Assembly (NCBI GenBank): GCA_000146045.2
Contig: BK006937.2
Location: 192,001 to 256,000, forward strand
Reading direction: 5' to 3'
DNA: 64,000 bases
Source of the DNA: TPA_inf: Saccharomyces
Taxonomy: Eukaryota
The notes under the pieces were generated by a model. It made no database searches, was not told where the DNA came from, and worked only from the letters and a program-made list of their open reading frames with translations. The position numbers and the translations under genes are program-made. Below are positions 19,929-31,453 of this stretch, in pieces; the stretch's first letter is position 1; every line of letters begins with the position of its first letter.

Positions 19929-21761
19929 ATGACGGAGACTAAGGATTTGTTGCAAGACGAAGAGTTTCTTAAGATCCGCAGACTCAATTCCGCAGAAGCC
20001 AACAAACGGCATTCGGTCACGTACGATAACGTGATCCTGCCACAGGAGTCCATGGAGGTTTCGCCACGGTCGTCTACCACGTCGCTGGTGGAGCCAGTGG
20101 AGTCGACTGAAGGAGTGGAGTCGACTGAGGCGGAACGTGTGGCAGGGAAGCAGGAGCAGGAGGAGGAGTACCCTGTGGACGCCCACATGCAAAAGTACCT
20201 TTCACACCTGAAGAGCAAGTCTCGGTCGAGGTTCCACCGAAAGGATGCTAGCAAGTATGTGTCGTTTTTTGGGGACGTGAGTTTTGATCCTCGCCCCACG
20301 CTCCTGGACAGCGCCATCAACGTGCCCTTCCAGACGACTTTCAAAGGTCCGGTGCTGGAGAAACAGCTCAAAAATTTACAGTTGACAAAGACCAAGACCA
20401 AGGCCACGGTGAAGACTACGGTGAAGACTACGGAGAAAACGGACAAGGCAGATGCCCCCCCAGGAGAAAAACTGGAGTCGAACTTTTCAGGGATCTACGT
20501 GTTCGCATGGATGTTCTTGGGCTGGATAGCCATCAGGTGCTGCACAGATTACTATGCGTCGTACGGCAGTGCATGGAATAAGCTGGAAATCGTGCAGTAC
20601 ATGACAACGGACTTGTTCACGATCGCAATGTTGGACTTGGCAATGTTCCTGTGCACTTTCTTCGTGGTTTTCGTGCACTGGCTGGTGAAAAAGCGGATCA
20701 TCAACTGGAAGTGGACTGGGTTCGTTGCAGTGAGCATCTTCGAGTTGGCTTTCATCCCCGTGACGTTCCCCATTTACGTCTACTACTTTGATTTCAACTG
20801 GGTCACGAGAATCTTCCTGTTCCTGCACTCCGTGGTGTTTGTTATGAAGAGCCACTCGTTTGCCTTTTACAACGGGTATCTTTGGGACATAAAGCAGGAA
20901 CTCGAGTACTCTTCCAAACAGTTGCAAAAATACAAGGAATCTTTGTCCCCAGAGACCCGCGAGATTCTGCAAAAAAGTTGCGACTTTTGCCTTTTCGAAT
21001 TGAACTACCAGACCAAGGATAACGACTTCCCCAACAACATCAGTTGCAGCAATTTCTTCATGTTCTGTTTGTTCCCCGTCCTCGTGTACCAGATCAACTA
21101 CCCAAGAACGTCGCGCATCAGATGGAGGTATGTGTTGGAGAAGGTGTGCGCCATCATTGGCACCATCTTCCTCATGATGGTCACGGCACAGTTCTTCATG
21201 CACCCGGTGGCCATGCGCTGTATCCAGTTCCACAACACGCCCACCTTCGGCGGCTGGATCCCCGCCACGCAAGAGTGGTTCCACCTGCTCTTCGACATGA
21301 TTCCGGGCTTCACTGTTCTGTACATGCTCACGTTTTACATGATATGGGACGCTTTATTGAATTGCGTGGCGGAGTTGACCAGGTTTGCGGACAGATATTT
21401 CTACGGCGACTGGTGGAATTGCGTTTCGTTTGAAGAGTTTAGCAGAATCTGGAACGTCCCCGTTCACAAATTTTTACTAAGACACGTGTACCACAGCTCC
21501 ATGGGCGCATTGCATTTGAGCAAGAGCCAAGCTACATTATTTACTTTTTTCTTGAGTGCCGTGTTCCACGAAATGGCCATGTTCGCCATTTTCAGAAGGG
21601 TTAGAGGATATCTGTTCATGTTCCAACTGTCGCAGTTTGTGTGGACTGCTTTGAGCAACACCAAGTTTCTACGGGCAAGACCGCAGTTGTCCAACGTTGT
21701 CTTTTCGTTTGGTGTCTGTTCAGGGCCCAGTATCATTATGACGTTGTACCTGACCTTATGA
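19929..21761 (+). CDS. ARE1: Acyl-CoA:sterol acyltransferase (MBOAT family)
   Basis: MBOAT signature FYGDWWN with a downstream conserved His, and multiple TM segments. 610 aa. Confidence 0.9.
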   Translation: MTETKDLLQDEEFLKIRRLNSAEANKRHSVTYDNVILPQESMEVSPRSSTTSLVEPVESTEGVESTEAERVAGKQEQEEEYPVDAHMQKYLSHLKSKSRSRFHRKDASKYVSFFGDVSFDPRPTLLDSAINVPFQTTFKGPVLEKQLKNLQLTKTKTKATVKTTVKTTEKTDKADAPPGEKLESNFSGIYVFAWMFLGWIAIRCCTDYYASYGSAWNKLEIVQYMTTDLFTIAMLDLAMFLCTFFVVFVHWLVKKRIINWKWTGFVAVSIFELAFIPVTFPIYVYYFDFNWVTRIFLFLHSVVFVMKSHSFAFYNGYLWDIKQELEYSSKQLQKYKESLSPETREILQKSCDFCLFELNYQTKDNDFPNNISCSNFFMFCLFPVLVYQINYPRTSRIRWRYVLEKVCAIIGTIFLMMVTAQFFMHPVAMRCIQFHNTPTFGGWIPATQEWFHLLFDMIPGFTVLYMLTFYMIWDALLNCVAELTRFADRYFYGDWWNCVSFEEFSRIWNVPVHKFLLRHVYHSSMGALHLSKSQATLFTFFLSAVFHEMAMFAIFRRVRGYLFMFQLSQFVWTALSNTKFLRARPQLSNVVFSFGVCSGPSIIMTLYLTL

Positions 21762-22070
21762 ACTGCCACCATACCACGTGTGTCCCTCGCAAGCCCTTGA
21801 TAGATATACAATAGGGAATGGGCGTCCGCTCCACCGTGGTCAAAGACAGGGGCAAAGAGCTCCTAGGTCTATATATATATCTATATACATATTTATATAT
21901 ATTATTAGAACTTTACAATATAGTATATACCATTCATTGTTTAAGTTTCGGGTAATACTTTTTTTTTCCTTGTCATAACCCCAAAAATTTTCGATGCCTT
22001 TGATATAATTGAGAACAAGAAGAGTTTGCAGGTGACAAAAATCGATGATTATAGGTGTTGTGACGACAAA

Positions 22071-22739
22071 ATGAACGCTAATATATGGGTGGCTGCTTCA
22101 GATGGTAATTTGGACCGAGTGGAACATATCCTCCGCGAGAGTAAAGGCGCCATGACCCCGCAATCCAAGGACATTAACGGCTACACTCCAATGCATGCTG
22201 CCGCCGCATACGGCCACCTGGATTTGCTGAAGAAAATGTGCAATGAGTACAATGGAGACATTAATGTGTTGGACAACGACGGCGATACCCCGTTGCACCA
22301 TGTGGAGGATGTGGCCACTGCCAGGTTGATCGTGGAAGAGCTGGGTGGAGACTTCACTATCAGGAATGTGGAGGGCCAAACGCCATACGACTCGTTCGTC
22401 GAGAACGGTGAAGATGGTGAGCTAATCGAGTACATGAGGATTAAGTCCGGCGTGGCCGATGTTCACGGAGTGGACGGCGTGCAGGGTGAGGGTGTCATCG
22501 ACAGCAAATTGCTGGAAGAGTTCAAGGACAACGTGAGATACACCTTGGAAAATGACCCTGAGGAAGGAGCCGATGAGGCCACTCTGCAACGCAGGAGGCA
22601 GTTGGAACAGATCATTACGGGAGACAACGCTGAGGAGGAGTTGGAAAGGTACATCCGTGCTATGGTCAGAGAGCAGATGCTGGGCCAGGGCTCCATGGCG
22701 GGTTCCGGGGACGAACCAGATTCCAAGAGAAGAAAATAA
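22071..22739 (+). CDS. Ankyrin-repeat protein of unknown function (YCR051W-like)
   Basis: ANK repeats [20 protein letters not shown] and [19 protein letters not shown]. The start was taken at MNANIW (22071), giving 222 aa, rather than the upstream in-frame ATG at 22026. Confidence 0.75.
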
Positions 22740-22993
22740 CGACCCAGCACAAAGGCTCTTACAGCTTGCTAAAAGAAATTGAACGCGACGCTACATGAAC
22801 TACTTCTTTCTCTTACATAGTCTTTTCCCTTATGTATCTTTTCTGTACATTAATAGACGTTCTTACAAGGTAAAATTTCACCGCGTTTTTAAATAGAATG
22901 AAAAAAACGTTGTAGAGTGAAAGAAAAGCAACAAATATACAGTTCACAAGGCAGCTTCGTATAGTAATACAGCACGAAAAACAGCTCATAGAA

Positions 22994-24445
22994 ATGGTAA
23001 CACAGACCAATCCGGTCCCTGTTACATATCCAACGGATGCTTATATCCCCACGTATCTGCCCGATGATAAGGTCTCCAATCTGGCAGATTTGAAAAAATT
23101 GATAGAAATGGATTCCAGACTAGATTTGTATCTGACAAGAAGGAGGCTGGATACGTCCATCAATTTACCTACAAACACCAAGACCAAGGACCATCCCCCC
23201 AATAAAGAGATGCTGAGGATTTACGTCTACAACACTACGGAAAGCAGCCCTCGCAGCGATTCTGGCACCCCAGCGGACTCAGGCAAGACTACATGGACAC
23301 TGAGAATAGAAGGTAAGCTTCTGCACGAGTCCGCAAACGGAAAGCACCCATTTAGTGAGTTTTTGGAAGGTGTCGCGGTCGACTTTAAAAGACTGAAACC
23401 GCTGGGCATGGGCAAGAAGAGGAAACGCGATTCGTCATTGAGCCTTCCTTTGAATCTGCAACAACCCGAATACAATGATCAAGATAGCACCATGGGCGAT
23501 AACGACAACGGCGAGGATGAGGACAGTGCAGAGGCAGAATCCAGGGAGGAAATTGTAGACGCACTGGAATGGAACTACGATGAAAACAACGTTGTGGAGT
23601 TTGATGGTATCGACATCAAGAGGCAAGGCAAGGATAATTTGCGATGCAGTATAACCATCCAGTTGAGGGGTGTCGACGGTGGAAAAGTACAGTACTCGCC
23701 CAACTTAGCTACCTTGATAGGTATGCAAACGGGCTCCGTTAATGACGCGGTTTATTCGATCTACAAGTACATTTTGATCAACAATCTGTTTGTTACGGAA
23801 CAAACAGAGGCTCAAGATGGTTCCAACGATGCCGAAGACAGCAGTAACGAGAATAACAATAAAAACGGTGCTGGTGACGATGATGGCGTCGAGGGAAGTA
23901 CTCCAAAGGATAAGCCCGAATTGGGTGAAGTGAAGCTAGATTCACTCTTACAAAAGGTATTGGATACAAACGCCGCGCACCTCCCCTTGATGAATGTTGT
24001 GCAAACCGTGAACAAACTGGTATCACCCCTACCGCCCATCATCCTAGATTATACAATTGATCTTTCCAAAGATACCACCTATGGTGCTACCACCTTGGAT
24101 GTAGATGTGTCGCACATTCTCCACCAGCCTCAACCCCAGCCAAATTTACAAAAAGAGGAAGAAACAGATGCTGAAGACACAGCAAAACTACGTGAAATCA
24201 CAAAGCTTGCCTTGCAGTTGAACTCTAGTGCTCAAAAATACCAGTTTTTCCACGAACTGTCTTTGCATCCAAGAGAAACGCTGACTCACTACTTATGGTC
24301 TTCCAAGCAAAACGAGCTTGTGCTGCAGGGCGACCAATACTTCAATGAAGATGCTGCAAGAACGAGTGACATATACAGTAACAACAACAATGACAGGTCA
24401 CTAATGGGCAATATCTCACTACTGTACTCCCAAGGAAGACTATAA
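22994..24445 (+). CDS. RSC6: RSC chromatin-remodelling complex subunit (SWIB/MDM2 domain)
   Basis: 483-aa ORF. Position matches YCR052W. Confidence 0.85.
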   Translation: MVTQTNPVPVTYPTDAYIPTYLPDDKVSNLADLKKLIEMDSRLDLYLTRRRLDTSINLPTNTKTKDHPPNKEMLRIYVYNTTESSPRSDSGTPADSGKTTWTLRIEGKLLHESANGKHPFSEFLEGVAVDFKRLKPLGMGKKRKRDSSLSLPLNLQQPEYNDQDSTMGDNDNGEDEDSAEAESREEIVDALEWNYDENNVVEFDGIDIKRQGKDNLRCSITIQLRGVDGGKVQYSPNLATLIGMQTGSVNDAVYSIYKYILINNLFVTEQTEAQDGSNDAEDSSNENNNKNGAGDDDGVEGSTPKDKPELGEVKLDSLLQKVLDTNAAHLPLMNVVQTVNKLVSPLPPIILDYTIDLSKDTTYGATTLDVDVSHILHQPQPQPNLQKEEETDAEDTAKLREITKLALQLNSSAQKYQFFHELSLHPRETLTHYLWSSKQNELVLQGDQYFNEDAARTSDIYSNNNNDRSLMGNISLLYSQGRL

Positions 24446-24696
24446 CATCACTGTATGATCTCATTCTTTCTGCAATTATTGCACGCCTCCTCGTGAGTAG
24501 TGACCGTGCGAACAAAAGAGTCATTACAACGAGGAAATAGAAGAAAATGAAAAATTTTCGACAAAATGTATAGTCATTTCTATCAATAACGTATACACGT
24601 TTTTTTAATACTATCTATATTGTGTATCTTATATTTTTCCATTTGGTAGTATAGCAGCAAATATTTGTTCTTAGACGGCCACCATCCCTCACACCA

Positions 24697-26241
24697 ATGC
24701 CTAACGCTTCCCAAGTTTACAGATCTACCAGATCCAGCTCTCCAAAGACAATCTCTTTTGAAGAGGCTATCATTCAAGGTCTGGCCACTGACGGTGGTCT
24801 TTTCATTCCACCAACTATTCCACAAGTGGACCAAGCCACTCTTTTCAATGATTGGTCAAAGCTCTCCTTCCAAGACTTAGCCTTTGCTATCATGAGACTA
24901 TACATTGCCCAAGAAGAGATTCCAGATGCTGATCTAAAGGACTTGATCAAGAGATCTTATTCTACTTTCCGTTCTGATGAAGTCACCCCCTTGGTGCAAA
25001 ACGTCACTGGTGACAAGGAGAATTTGCACATTTTAGAATTATTCCACGGTCCTACCTACGCTTTCAAAGACGTTGCTTTACAATTTGTCGGTAATCTTTT
25101 TGAATACTTCTTACAAAGAACCAACGCCAATTTACCTGAAGGCGAGAAAAAGCAAATCACTGTGGTCGGTGCTACTTCCGGTGACACTGGTTCTGCAGCC
25201 ATCTACGGTTTAAGAGGCAAAAAGGACGTTTCCGTTTTCATCTTATATCCAACCGGTAGAATTTCCCCAATTCAAGAAGAACAAATGACCACCGTTCCAG
25301 ATGAAAACGTCCAGACTTTGTCTGTTACCGGTACTTTCGACAACTGTCAAGATATCGTCAAAGCTATTTTCGGTGACAAAGAATTCAACTCTAAACACAA
25401 CGTCGGTGCTGTTAACTCCATCAACTGGGCAAGAATCTTGGCCCAAATGACCTATTACTTTTATTCATTCTTCCAAGCCACCAACGGTAAGGACTCCAAG
25501 AAGGTCAAGTTCGTTGTGCCAAGTGGGAACTTCGGTGATATATTGGCCGGTTATTTTGCCAAGAAAATGGGTTTGCCTATTGAAAAACTGGCCATCGCTA
25601 CCAATGAAAACGACATTTTGGACAGATTTTTGAAATCTGGTCTATACGAAAGATCAGACAAGGTTGCTGCTACTTTATCCCCAGCAATGGATATCTTAAT
25701 CTCTTCTAACTTTGAAAGACTACTATGGTACCTAGCTCGTGAATACCTAGCTAATGGTGATGATTTGAAAGCCGGTGAAATCGTCAACAATTGGTTCCAG
25801 GAATTGAAGACCAACGGTAAGTTCCAAGTTGACAAATCCATCATTGAAGGCGCATCAAAGGACTTTACATCAGAAAGAGTTTCCAATGAAGAAACATCTG
25901 AAACAATCAAGAAGATCTACGAATCATCTGTAAATCCAAAACATTACATCTTAGATCCTCACACAGCTGTCGGTGTTTGCGCCACAGAAAGATTGATTGC
26001 AAAAGATAATGACAAGTCCATCCAATACATTTCTCTATCTACCGCTCACCCAGCTAAATTTGCCGATGCTGTAAACAATGCATTGTCTGGATTTTCCAAT
26101 TATTCATTTGAAAAGGATGTTTTGCCTGAGGAATTGAAGAAACTATCCACATTAAAGAAGAAATTAAAATTCATCGAAAGAGCTGACGTTGAATTGGTCA
26201 AAAACGCTATTGAAGAAGAACTTGCTAAAATGAAATTATAA
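24697..26241 (+). CDS. THR4: Threonine synthase (PLP-dependent)
   Basis: PLP-lysine motif HGPTYAFKDVALQ and overall threonine synthase architecture. 514 aa. Confidence 0.95.
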   Translation: MPNASQVYRSTRSSSPKTISFEEAIIQGLATDGGLFIPPTIPQVDQATLFNDWSKLSFQDLAFAIMRLYIAQEEIPDADLKDLIKRSYSTFRSDEVTPLVQNVTGDKENLHILELFHGPTYAFKDVALQFVGNLFEYFLQRTNANLPEGEKKQITVVGATSGDTGSAAIYGLRGKKDVSVFILYPTGRISPIQEEQMTTVPDENVQTLSVTGTFDNCQDIVKAIFGDKEFNSKHNVGAVNSINWARILAQMTYYFYSFFQATNGKDSKKVKFVVPSGNFGDILAGYFAKKMGLPIEKLAIATNENDILDRFLKSGLYERSDKVAATLSPAMDILISSNFERLLWYLAREYLANGDDLKAGEIVNNWFQELKTNGKFQVDKSIIEGASKDFTSERVSNEETSETIKKIYESSVNPKHYILDPHTAVGVCATERLIAKDNDKSIQYISLSTAHPAKFADAVNNALSGFSNYSFEKDVLPEELKKLSTLKKKLKFIERADVELVKNAIEEELAKMKL

Positions 26242-26375
26242 GATCTTCCTTTTTAATGAATATATTTTATCTTATATAACATATAGAATTCTATAATTAA
26301 TAGAGAGTATGAAGTACGATTATCCTTAATGTTAATCAAAGTGAATCATGATTGCGAGAGTAAGGAACCATAAAA

Positions 26376-28067
26376 TTAATCTTCATCTATGCTAATAATC
26401 TCAGAATTCTCGTTCCCAGGGTCTTCTTCTTTAGATACTAATCTAACTTTCCCGCCCTTTTCAACTGATATTTCAAACCCAGCTTTGCTCAATGCATCGT
26501 CTTGAACAACGTCTTGAGCTTCCATTTTTTTGACATATTCCTGATTCTTGGCATTATTCTTTAACAAAAACTTCAAGCAAACAATAGATCTTTCCTTGAT
26601 AAACGGATCATTATCATCGATGACACAATTGGAAAGAATTAATGCAAGACCACCTAATTCTCTTATTTGATCTTGGATTTCAGGATGTGCATACACTAAC
26701 GATGCCAATATTTCGATTATTACTAATTTACAATGGGGAAAATTATCAGCCCTAATAAAGGATTCGTTGGTATTAACACGGTTGAAAATTAATAACCGGT
26801 CCTCGATTTTGTTACCTTCATGATCTGTGATTTTAATTTCATTCACCGTATCACCGTTTCCTTTCAAAAAATTAATCCTCAACAAATTCTTTTGGAAAGT
26901 ATCCAAGAGAGATACCAATATTTTCACAGAGTCATACGAAATTAAGAATTTTCTAACATGATTGAATTTGCACAAGTCAGAAATTATGTCCAGGCAAGAA
27001 AGTAAAGTGGAGTGTAATTGGATGGCAACTGAAGGAGCATAATCGTTACAACTTTTATTGAAAAAGGCAGGAATATCCTTGCATGCAAGACGTTGCAGAA
27101 TGGGGTAGCACCATGACATAATTGCAGTCAACTCATAGGTATTCCAATCTTCTTTACTCGTTACAACCAATTGCAATATCTGCAACAAAGTGGTGAATTT
27201 TCCTGGCTGTCTTTCTTCTAACCCATTGAGGTATTTACCAAAAGAAGCAGTTGTAAGACTTTTGCTAATACATTCTAAGACAGATAGGTCAATAGAAGTT
27301 ATTTCCAATTTTGAATCATCCAGATAGTTTCTGCCCTTCTCAATTAAAAAGGAATTCTCTTGATCCTGGATGAATTTGGCTGTCACTATATCGAAAAATA
27401 TTCTATCCCTAACACAATAATAGTCTTTCTGGGGTGTATCATTATCCCTGAAAAATTCGTTGGAAAATTCATCATTGTTGAGATACGTCTTGAAAAGAAA
27501 TAAATATGGTAGCCAGAAATGCTCTTCTTCTTCACCGTCTTCCAATTTGATCCCATAAGGGTATTGAAGAAATTGTAAAAGAGCTGGAAAAGTAGTCATA
27601 TCCACTGTAGAGTAGTTCTGCTGTATATTGAAAAGGCACGTTAAACATGCGATGTATAGATGTTTGATTAGCGGAGTGTCAACGACATACTCACTAGTTG
27701 CATGCAGAAAACCACGAATTACGAGGTTTTGTAGTAAAAGCTTTTGGGGTATTTCCTGGTTTTCAGCGGCAAGGTTTCTCATCATTAAGATAAGGCCCCT
27801 CACTGTTCTTGTATACGGTATTGAGCTATTCTCATTTAACGACGCTGGCAACAGCATTGCTTCCAAGGTGTCTCTTAATCGTTCCCAAAAAAGCTGGGAG
27901 TTAGCCATTGATTTCCTATGTTCTTCATCATTAAACGTCCTTTGAAATATACGGTTCAGGTTTTCGACGATTGGCTCATAATCCTCGACGCAACATGGGT
28001 CGTTCTTCATCATGGTAATGATTGAATCAAATAAATTGAATTCATCTAGAAAATTGTTCATAGGCAT
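26376..28067 (-). CDS. CTR86: Protein of unknown function (CTR86)
   Basis: 563-aa intact ORF convergent with THR4. Position matches YCR054C. Confidence 0.8.
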   Translation of the reverse strand: MPMNNFLDEFNLFDSIITMMKNDPCCVEDYEPIVENLNRIFQRTFNDEEHRKSMANSQLFWERLRDTLEAMLLPASLNENSSIPYTRTVRGLILMMRNLAAENQEIPQKLLLQNLVIRGFLHATSEYVVDTPLIKHLYIACLTCLFNIQQNYSTVDMTTFPALLQFLQYPYGIKLEDGEEEEHFWLPYLFLFKTYLNNDEFSNEFFRDNDTPQKDYYCVRDRIFFDIVTAKFIQDQENSFLIEKGRNYLDDSKLEITSIDLSVLECISKSLTTASFGKYLNGLEERQPGKFTTLLQILQLVVTSKEDWNTYELTAIMSWCYPILQRLACKDIPAFFNKSCNDYAPSVAIQLHSTLLSCLDIISDLCKFNHVRKFLISYDSVKILVSLLDTFQKNLLRINFLKGNGDTVNEIKITDHEGNKIEDRLLIFNRVNTNESFIRADNFPHCKLVIIEILASLVYAHPEIQDQIRELGGLALILSNCVIDDNDPFIKERSIVCLKFLLKNNAKNQEYVKKMEAQDVVQDDALSKAGFEISVEKGGKVRLVSKEEDPGNENSEIISIDED

Positions 28068-28456
28068 TGTTATTTAGTTATCTTCTTTTTTGATGAATCA
28101 ATAATTTTATAAGGCTTAGTGTAATTGTTCTCCCGATGATAGTATGAAACGGTAGTCGATAAATTTGTGTCAAATTTTTTCCTCATCCCATCAATTCTTC
28201 ATTTTTTCCCTTCCTATTTTTTTTTTTACTGAAGCGATGATGCCTTATATATAAGGAAAATAGCCTCGTCAGTCAAAGGACGACTCCCGTAATGGTAGCC
28301 TCAGTTTATATTAGGCGCTCTCATCATGATGTATATCGATATTGGCGATGATATTTTTTTTTGTTGATATTAAATACAAATGTAATGCTTTATATAGTTC
28401 TATACTTGGGGAATACATGATGTGAATGTGCATAAATAGAGGACAGTGAATATTTT

Positions 28457-31228
28457 TCAAGGAAGCTCTTTCTCATTTTCTTCTTCATCACTGGAATCAT
28501 TTTCATTAGACAAGGGTAATTTGTTATCCTTCCCATTGAAACCAATCCATCCTTCCTCGTCGTCAGATTCCATGACTACATCGTTCTCTTCGTTCTCTTC
28601 GTTATCTTCATCTGCGTCATCTTTTAATAGAACCTCGTCATCATCAGCCGCGCCATCTTCCATGGACCCATCAGTTGATACCAAAAATCTATAGGTGTAT
28701 TTGTTATCAGTAGTGGTATTGACTACTTCCTTAGCCACTCTAACAATAAATCTTTGTATCGACCTCATAGCCGTCGAGAAGAGATATTTGTGTTCATTTA
28801 TGTAACCACCGCTCGCAGATAATAGAGCTTTGATCCAAATTAGGTTAAACTCAATGTGTTGGGATTCAATGGCAAAATCACCGATGAACTTCAGAATCCT
28901 CGGTAAATATATTGCAGGAATATTACTTGCAACCAAGGGGATTTCCTTAATAGGTATGGCTTCATAGACTTTATTGATCAAATATTCTTCATTTAACCTG
29001 AACGCCATTACTAATGCATTTAAAAACTGCTTTTCTCGTAGCGCCTCTACAGTAGAATGGGGGGTGACGTCCACATCCAGATCAAAGGGATCAAATAATA
29101 TCGTGTCATTGGTGGAATATATCAATAAACCTTCCGTTGAAGCAGCGGCAAATGCATTCGCCGTTGGGGAGAATTGCACCGAAGTAACTCTAACCTCTGG
29201 TCTCATTTTTCTTGTGGACAGGTCGCCACCTCTTTGAGACCCTGGTAAAGAATTATCAATACGATCCTCCAAATCTGAATTTTCGCCTGCATCGTCAATC
29301 AAATCTAATGAACCTGCTTCAGTCATTTTCTTACTGTTTAAAAATTCGAGAGTACCATTCAAAGCCATGTTTCTGGACACAATGAATCTTTTTAACAAGA
29401 CTTCATTTGGAACATCATATAGACAAATGGAGTTATTATTACCACCAGCCACAATAGCCATACCATCAAAACTGTAATGTATTGTAGTAAAAAATTTGGA
29501 TCGTTCAGAATTTTTGGCAGTGAACCTATCTTGATTAAACCTACCAGATATTATATCCTTTCTACAGTCAATGTTGCCCACCTGCTTGGCATCTTCTATG
29601 TTGAAAATGGATATTTGACCCTTTAAGGTAGATACTGCAACTTCTTTACCATCTGGTCTCATTGATAAGGCTAAAACATCGGAATAAACTTCTATAGGTT
29701 CTACTTGTTGGCTTCTACCAAATATGGACCAGATTCTAATTGTTTTATCCCATGATGCAGAAGCTAAGACACTGTTCTCTTGACTAAATGAAAGACACGA
29801 AACAGGGCCTTCATGTCCGGACAAAGCATCTAATAATTGACCAGTTTGCACGGACCAAACATGAATGTCAAAATTGTCCAGGGACCCGGCACAAACCACT
29901 TCACCTGATGGATCCACCGCTAAACAATTGAATTGGATTCTTTCAGTACCAGTGAATGTTCTAAAATTACGATACCTGATTAAGTCCCACGCTCTCACCG
30001 TACCATCTAACGATGATGAGAACATGACCTGACCCCTTTTCGCAAACTGTACAGCAGTAACTGAAGAGGTGTGTTCTTCAAAAGTGGCCAAACAAAACCC
30101 TGATGTAATGTCCCAAACTTTGATTTTCCCATCTTCGGATGCTGTCACTACACGTGAACCATCCGGAGAGTATGCAAGACTATTTGTGGAATCGAAATGG
30201 CCCTGCTGCTTCAAGATATACGATTCCGATTGCCATTCGTAAACTAGTAATTGGCCCAGTTTGCTGGAACCAAACGCCAGCCATTCGCCGGTTTGGTTGA
30301 CGCTAACGGTGTTGACTGGGTTTTGCCCCATAGAAAGCTGTTGAATCAAAGTGAAATCAGGCAAATCGTAAAGACGGAATTCCCCACTAGTAAATCCGAC
30401 AGCTAAAAGCCTTGTTGCTGGATGGAAGGTGACACACTTTACTTTGGCTTGGTTTGCGTAAAAAAAATGTTTCTTTGTGATTCTCCAGCTGTATTTCGAA
30501 ATATCTACTTCTTCTTGCTTGTCGTCGTCTTCACTTTCATTGTCGTCGTCATCGGATGGCCTCTTGGTAAATTCCCAGACAAAGACAGCACCGTCTTTGC
30601 TTACAGTGTAGATTTTTTCCTGATCATGACTGAAGAACGCACCCATAACGTAGTCTCTGTGCCCATTAAATGTTGTCGCCGCAAGGTTCTTTTCCTCTGA
30701 ATCTACGGACCATATTTTTGCGCTTAAGTCTTTGGAAGTCGTAAGGATAAATCTGGAATCTTGTGACCACGTCAAAGACGTTATGTCTTGAAAGTGTCCC
30801 GCATGCACCCTATGGCGGACGAAGGGAGCAAACTGTCTGTCTTTATTAACATCTGGAGTCTTCCAAATCTGTAAAAACCTGCCTGAGGCTAATGCAAAGA
30901 GTCTCCCATCAGGGCTGAACTTCACAGCGGAGCATTTTTCTTTGAAGTTGAAATGGTGAAGCACGTTACGGGCTTTGAAATTGACAAGGATGGCGCGACC
31001 GTCCTCGTCAATAGAAATCAGCAATGTGCCTTGTTTGTTCAGATCAATGGCAGCAATATTTTTGCGATGCTCGTATTCAAACGTGAACGATTTGTTGTTG
31101 ATTAAGTCAAACACGCTGACCCTATTCCCCACCGGTGAGAGTAGTTGCTTGCCATCATCGGAAAAGGTGATGTTACCTTGCCTGTAGACCGTACCTAAAA
31201 GGTTAGAGAACTTGAAATCGGATTTCAT
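28457..31228 (-). CDS. PWP2: WD40-repeat UTP-B / SSU processome subunit with an acidic C-terminal tail
   Basis: Multiple WD repeats (GH...WD dipeptides) and an acidic tail DDDEVLLKDDADEDNEENEEND. The start was taken at the MKSDFKFSNLLG ATG. Confidence 0.9.
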   Translation of the reverse strand: MKSDFKFSNLLGTVYRQGNITFSDDGKQLLSPVGNRVSVFDLINNKSFTFEYEHRKNIAAIDLNKQGTLLISIDEDGRAILVNFKARNVLHHFNFKEKCSAVKFSPDGRLFALASGRFLQIWKTPDVNKDRQFAPFVRHRVHAGHFQDITSLTWSQDSRFILTTSKDLSAKIWSVDSEEKNLAATTFNGHRDYVMGAFFSHDQEKIYTVSKDGAVFVWEFTKRPSDDDDNESEDDDKQEEVDISKYSWRITKKHFFYANQAKVKCVTFHPATRLLAVGFTSGEFRLYDLPDFTLIQQLSMGQNPVNTVSVNQTGEWLAFGSSKLGQLLVYEWQSESYILKQQGHFDSTNSLAYSPDGSRVVTASEDGKIKVWDITSGFCLATFEEHTSSVTAVQFAKRGQVMFSSSLDGTVRAWDLIRYRNFRTFTGTERIQFNCLAVDPSGEVVCAGSLDNFDIHVWSVQTGQLLDALSGHEGPVSCLSFSQENSVLASASWDKTIRIWSIFGRSQQVEPIEVYSDVLALSMRPDGKEVAVSTLKGQISIFNIEDAKQVGNIDCRKDIISGRFNQDRFTAKNSERSKFFTTIHYSFDGMAIVAGGNNNSICLYDVPNEVLLKRFIVSRNMALNGTLEFLNSKKMTEAGSLDLIDDAGENSDLEDRIDNSLPGSQRGGDLSTRKMRPEVRVTSVQFSPTANAFAAASTEGLLIYSTNDTILFDPFDLDVDVTPHSTVEALREKQFLNALVMAFRLNEEYLINKVYEAIPIKEIPLVASNIPAIYLPRILKFIGDFAIESQHIEFNLIWIKALLSASGGYINEHKYLFSTAMRSIQRFIVRVAKEVVNTTTDNKYTYRFLVSTDGSMEDGAADDDEVLLKDDADEDNEENEENDVVMESDDEEGWIGFNGKDNKLPLSNENDSSDEEENEKELP

Positions 31229-31365
31229 TGGGATGCGGTTCAATCTGCGGTCTGCTCTCCTGTCTACCTGTTGAAAACGATACTATTATTACTATTATTG
31301 ATATTATACTAGTTATTGTACATACCTAGAACTATACTCGAAACTTTTTTTTTTTTCATCTTTCA

Positions 31366-31384
31366 GCTCATCGCAAAATTTTTC
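31366..31384. promoter_or_regulatory. PAC motif immediately followed by an RRPE-like A/T element in the PWP2 promoter
   Basis: GCTCATCGC then AAAATTTTTCC, about 140 bp upstream of the PWP2 ATG (minus-strand gene). Confidence 0.7.
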
Positions 31385-31453
31385 CAAAAAATTTCAAAAA
31401 GAACTCCCGTCGCATGTGATCAAGGTTACAGGTGCTTGACATAATCATAATGA

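Noticed and set aside
20487-21331. 265-aa and 77-aa minus-strand ORFs inside ARE1 (likely correspond to the dubious ORFs YCR049C/YCR050C)
   Set aside because: They are antisense to the strongly supported MBOAT gene ARE1. The His/Arg/Glu-rich low-complexity translation is typical of an open antisense frame in GC-biased coding sequence.
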